From Octopus sinensis (taxonomy: Eukaryota), in NCBI RefSeq assembly GCF_006345805.1, contig NW_021824267.1, positions 1 to 19,238 of the forward strand: 19,238 bases of DNA, written 5' to 3'. The notes under the pieces are model-generated. The model saw nothing but the letters and a program-made list of their open reading frames with translations, had not been told where the DNA came from and ran no database searches. Both the position numbers and the translations under genes were made by a program. This document shows, in pieces, positions 18,078 to 19,238 of the stretch (positions are counted from its first letter, which is position 1; each line of letters begins with the position of its first letter).

Positions 18078-18945
18078 GTGGTGGTGGCGCTGGCAACGAA
18101 GCTGTGTGGCGGTGATAACGGTGGAGGCGGTAGTGATGCTGGTAGCGATGGTGGTTGTGGTGGTGGTGGTGTTGGTGGTGGTACTGCTCTGGGGGCAAGA
18201 AGGTGGTGCAGGCGGTGTTGGTAGCTGTGGTGTTGGTCATAACGTTGGAGGTGGTACTGATGGTCTTGTTGTTGGTGGTGATGATGGTGGTGGTGATGGT
18301 GGTGGTGGTTATAGTGGTTGTGATGGTAGTGGTGGTGGTGATGGTGGTGGTGGTGGTGGTGGTGGTGGTGGTGGTGATGGTGGTGGTTATAGTGGTTGTG
18401 ATGGTAGTGGTGGTGGTGATGGTGGTGGTGGTTATAGTGGTGGTGGTAATGATGGTGATAGTGGAGGTGGCGGCGGTGGTGATGGTGATGGTGGTAGTGG
18501 TGTTGGAGATGGTGATAGTGGTTGTGATGGTGGTGGTGGTGGTCGGGGGGTGATAGTGGTGGTGGTGATGATGGTGAAAGTGGAGGTGGCGGTGGTGGTG
18601 GTTGTGATGGTGGTGATAGTGGAGGTGGCAGTGGTGGTGGTGGTGATGGTGGTGATAGTGGAGGTGGCAGTGGTGGTGGTTGTGGTGATGGTGATAGTGG
18701 AGGTGGCAGTGGTTGTGATGATGGTGGTCGTCGTCGTTTTGATACTGATGATGATGATGGTGGTGGTGGTGCAAGTGGTTTAAGTGAATGTTGAAAGGTG
18801 TCGCGCCAAAACACTCGAGAGGTAAGGGTGAGGGTGAGGGTAGTAGTATAAACAATTGAAGACAGCGGCGGAGGTGGGGCAGTGATGTTGCTGCTGATGA
18901 TGATGGAGCTGGGGTTGCGATGGCACCGGTGCAAGCAGTGGTGGT

Positions 18946-19238
18946 GGCGGCTGTGGTGGTGGCGGCTGTGGTGGTGGTGGCTGTGGTGGTGGCGGCTGTG
19001 GTGGTGGCGGCTGTGGTGGTGGCGGCTGTGGTGGTGGCGGCTGTGGTGGTGGCGGCTGTGGTGGTGGCGACTGTGGTGGTGGCGGCTGTGGTGGAGGCGG
19101 CTGTGGTGGTGGCGGCTGTGGTGGTGGCGGCTGTGGTGGTGGCGGCTGTGGTGGTGGCGACTGTGTGTGGTGGCGGCTGTGGTGGAGGCGGCTGTGGTGG
19201 AGGCGGCTGTGGTGGTGGCGGCTGTGTGGTGGCGGCTG
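18946..19238. repeat. 15-bp minisatellite (ggcggctgtggtggt), about 19 copies, running off the window
   Basis: Direct reading; small indels near 19163 and 19225. Confidence 0.95.

Larger units (their letters stand above)
17605..19238. repeat. GGT/GAT-rich low-complexity tract
   Basis: Strongly G/T-skewed, degenerate trinucleotide repeats with embedded minisatellites. Confidence 0.9.

Noticed and set aside
17600-18934. 444-aa Pro/His-rich, 357-aa and 225-aa Gly-rich ORFs as structural proteins
   Set aside because: They are translations of (GGT)n-type repeats, open in several frames on both strands. The embedded 56-bp period is not a multiple of 3, and the 15-bp array has frame-breaking indels.

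Overview
Eukaryotic, repeat-saturated non-coding DNA; I cannot support any intact host protein-coding gene. The tRNA-headed SINE families, TTAGGG-containing MITE and very high microsatellite density match what I recall of coleoid cephalopod (most likely Octopus) genomes; this is recognition, not a database search. Contents: the 3' end of a CR1-like LINE with a full-length but dead 1292-bp mariner inserted in its 3' UTR; about 20 copies or fragments of four SINE families (my labels A-D); two MITE-like TIR elements, one carrying a 4 x 177-bp internal array; many microsatellites; and a GGT-rich tract with 56-bp and 15-bp minisatellites. Apart from the mariner transposase pieces, the supplied ORFs are repeat artefacts or cannot be assigned. 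The most interesting signal is an old head-to-tail repeat of about 320-360 bp (5255-5970) in which both full units carry a co-linear type I hammerhead ribozyme motif on the minus strand, i.e. a retrozyme / Penelope-terminal-repeat-like relic. A separate minimal, dimer-type hammerhead motif lies at 1830-1864.
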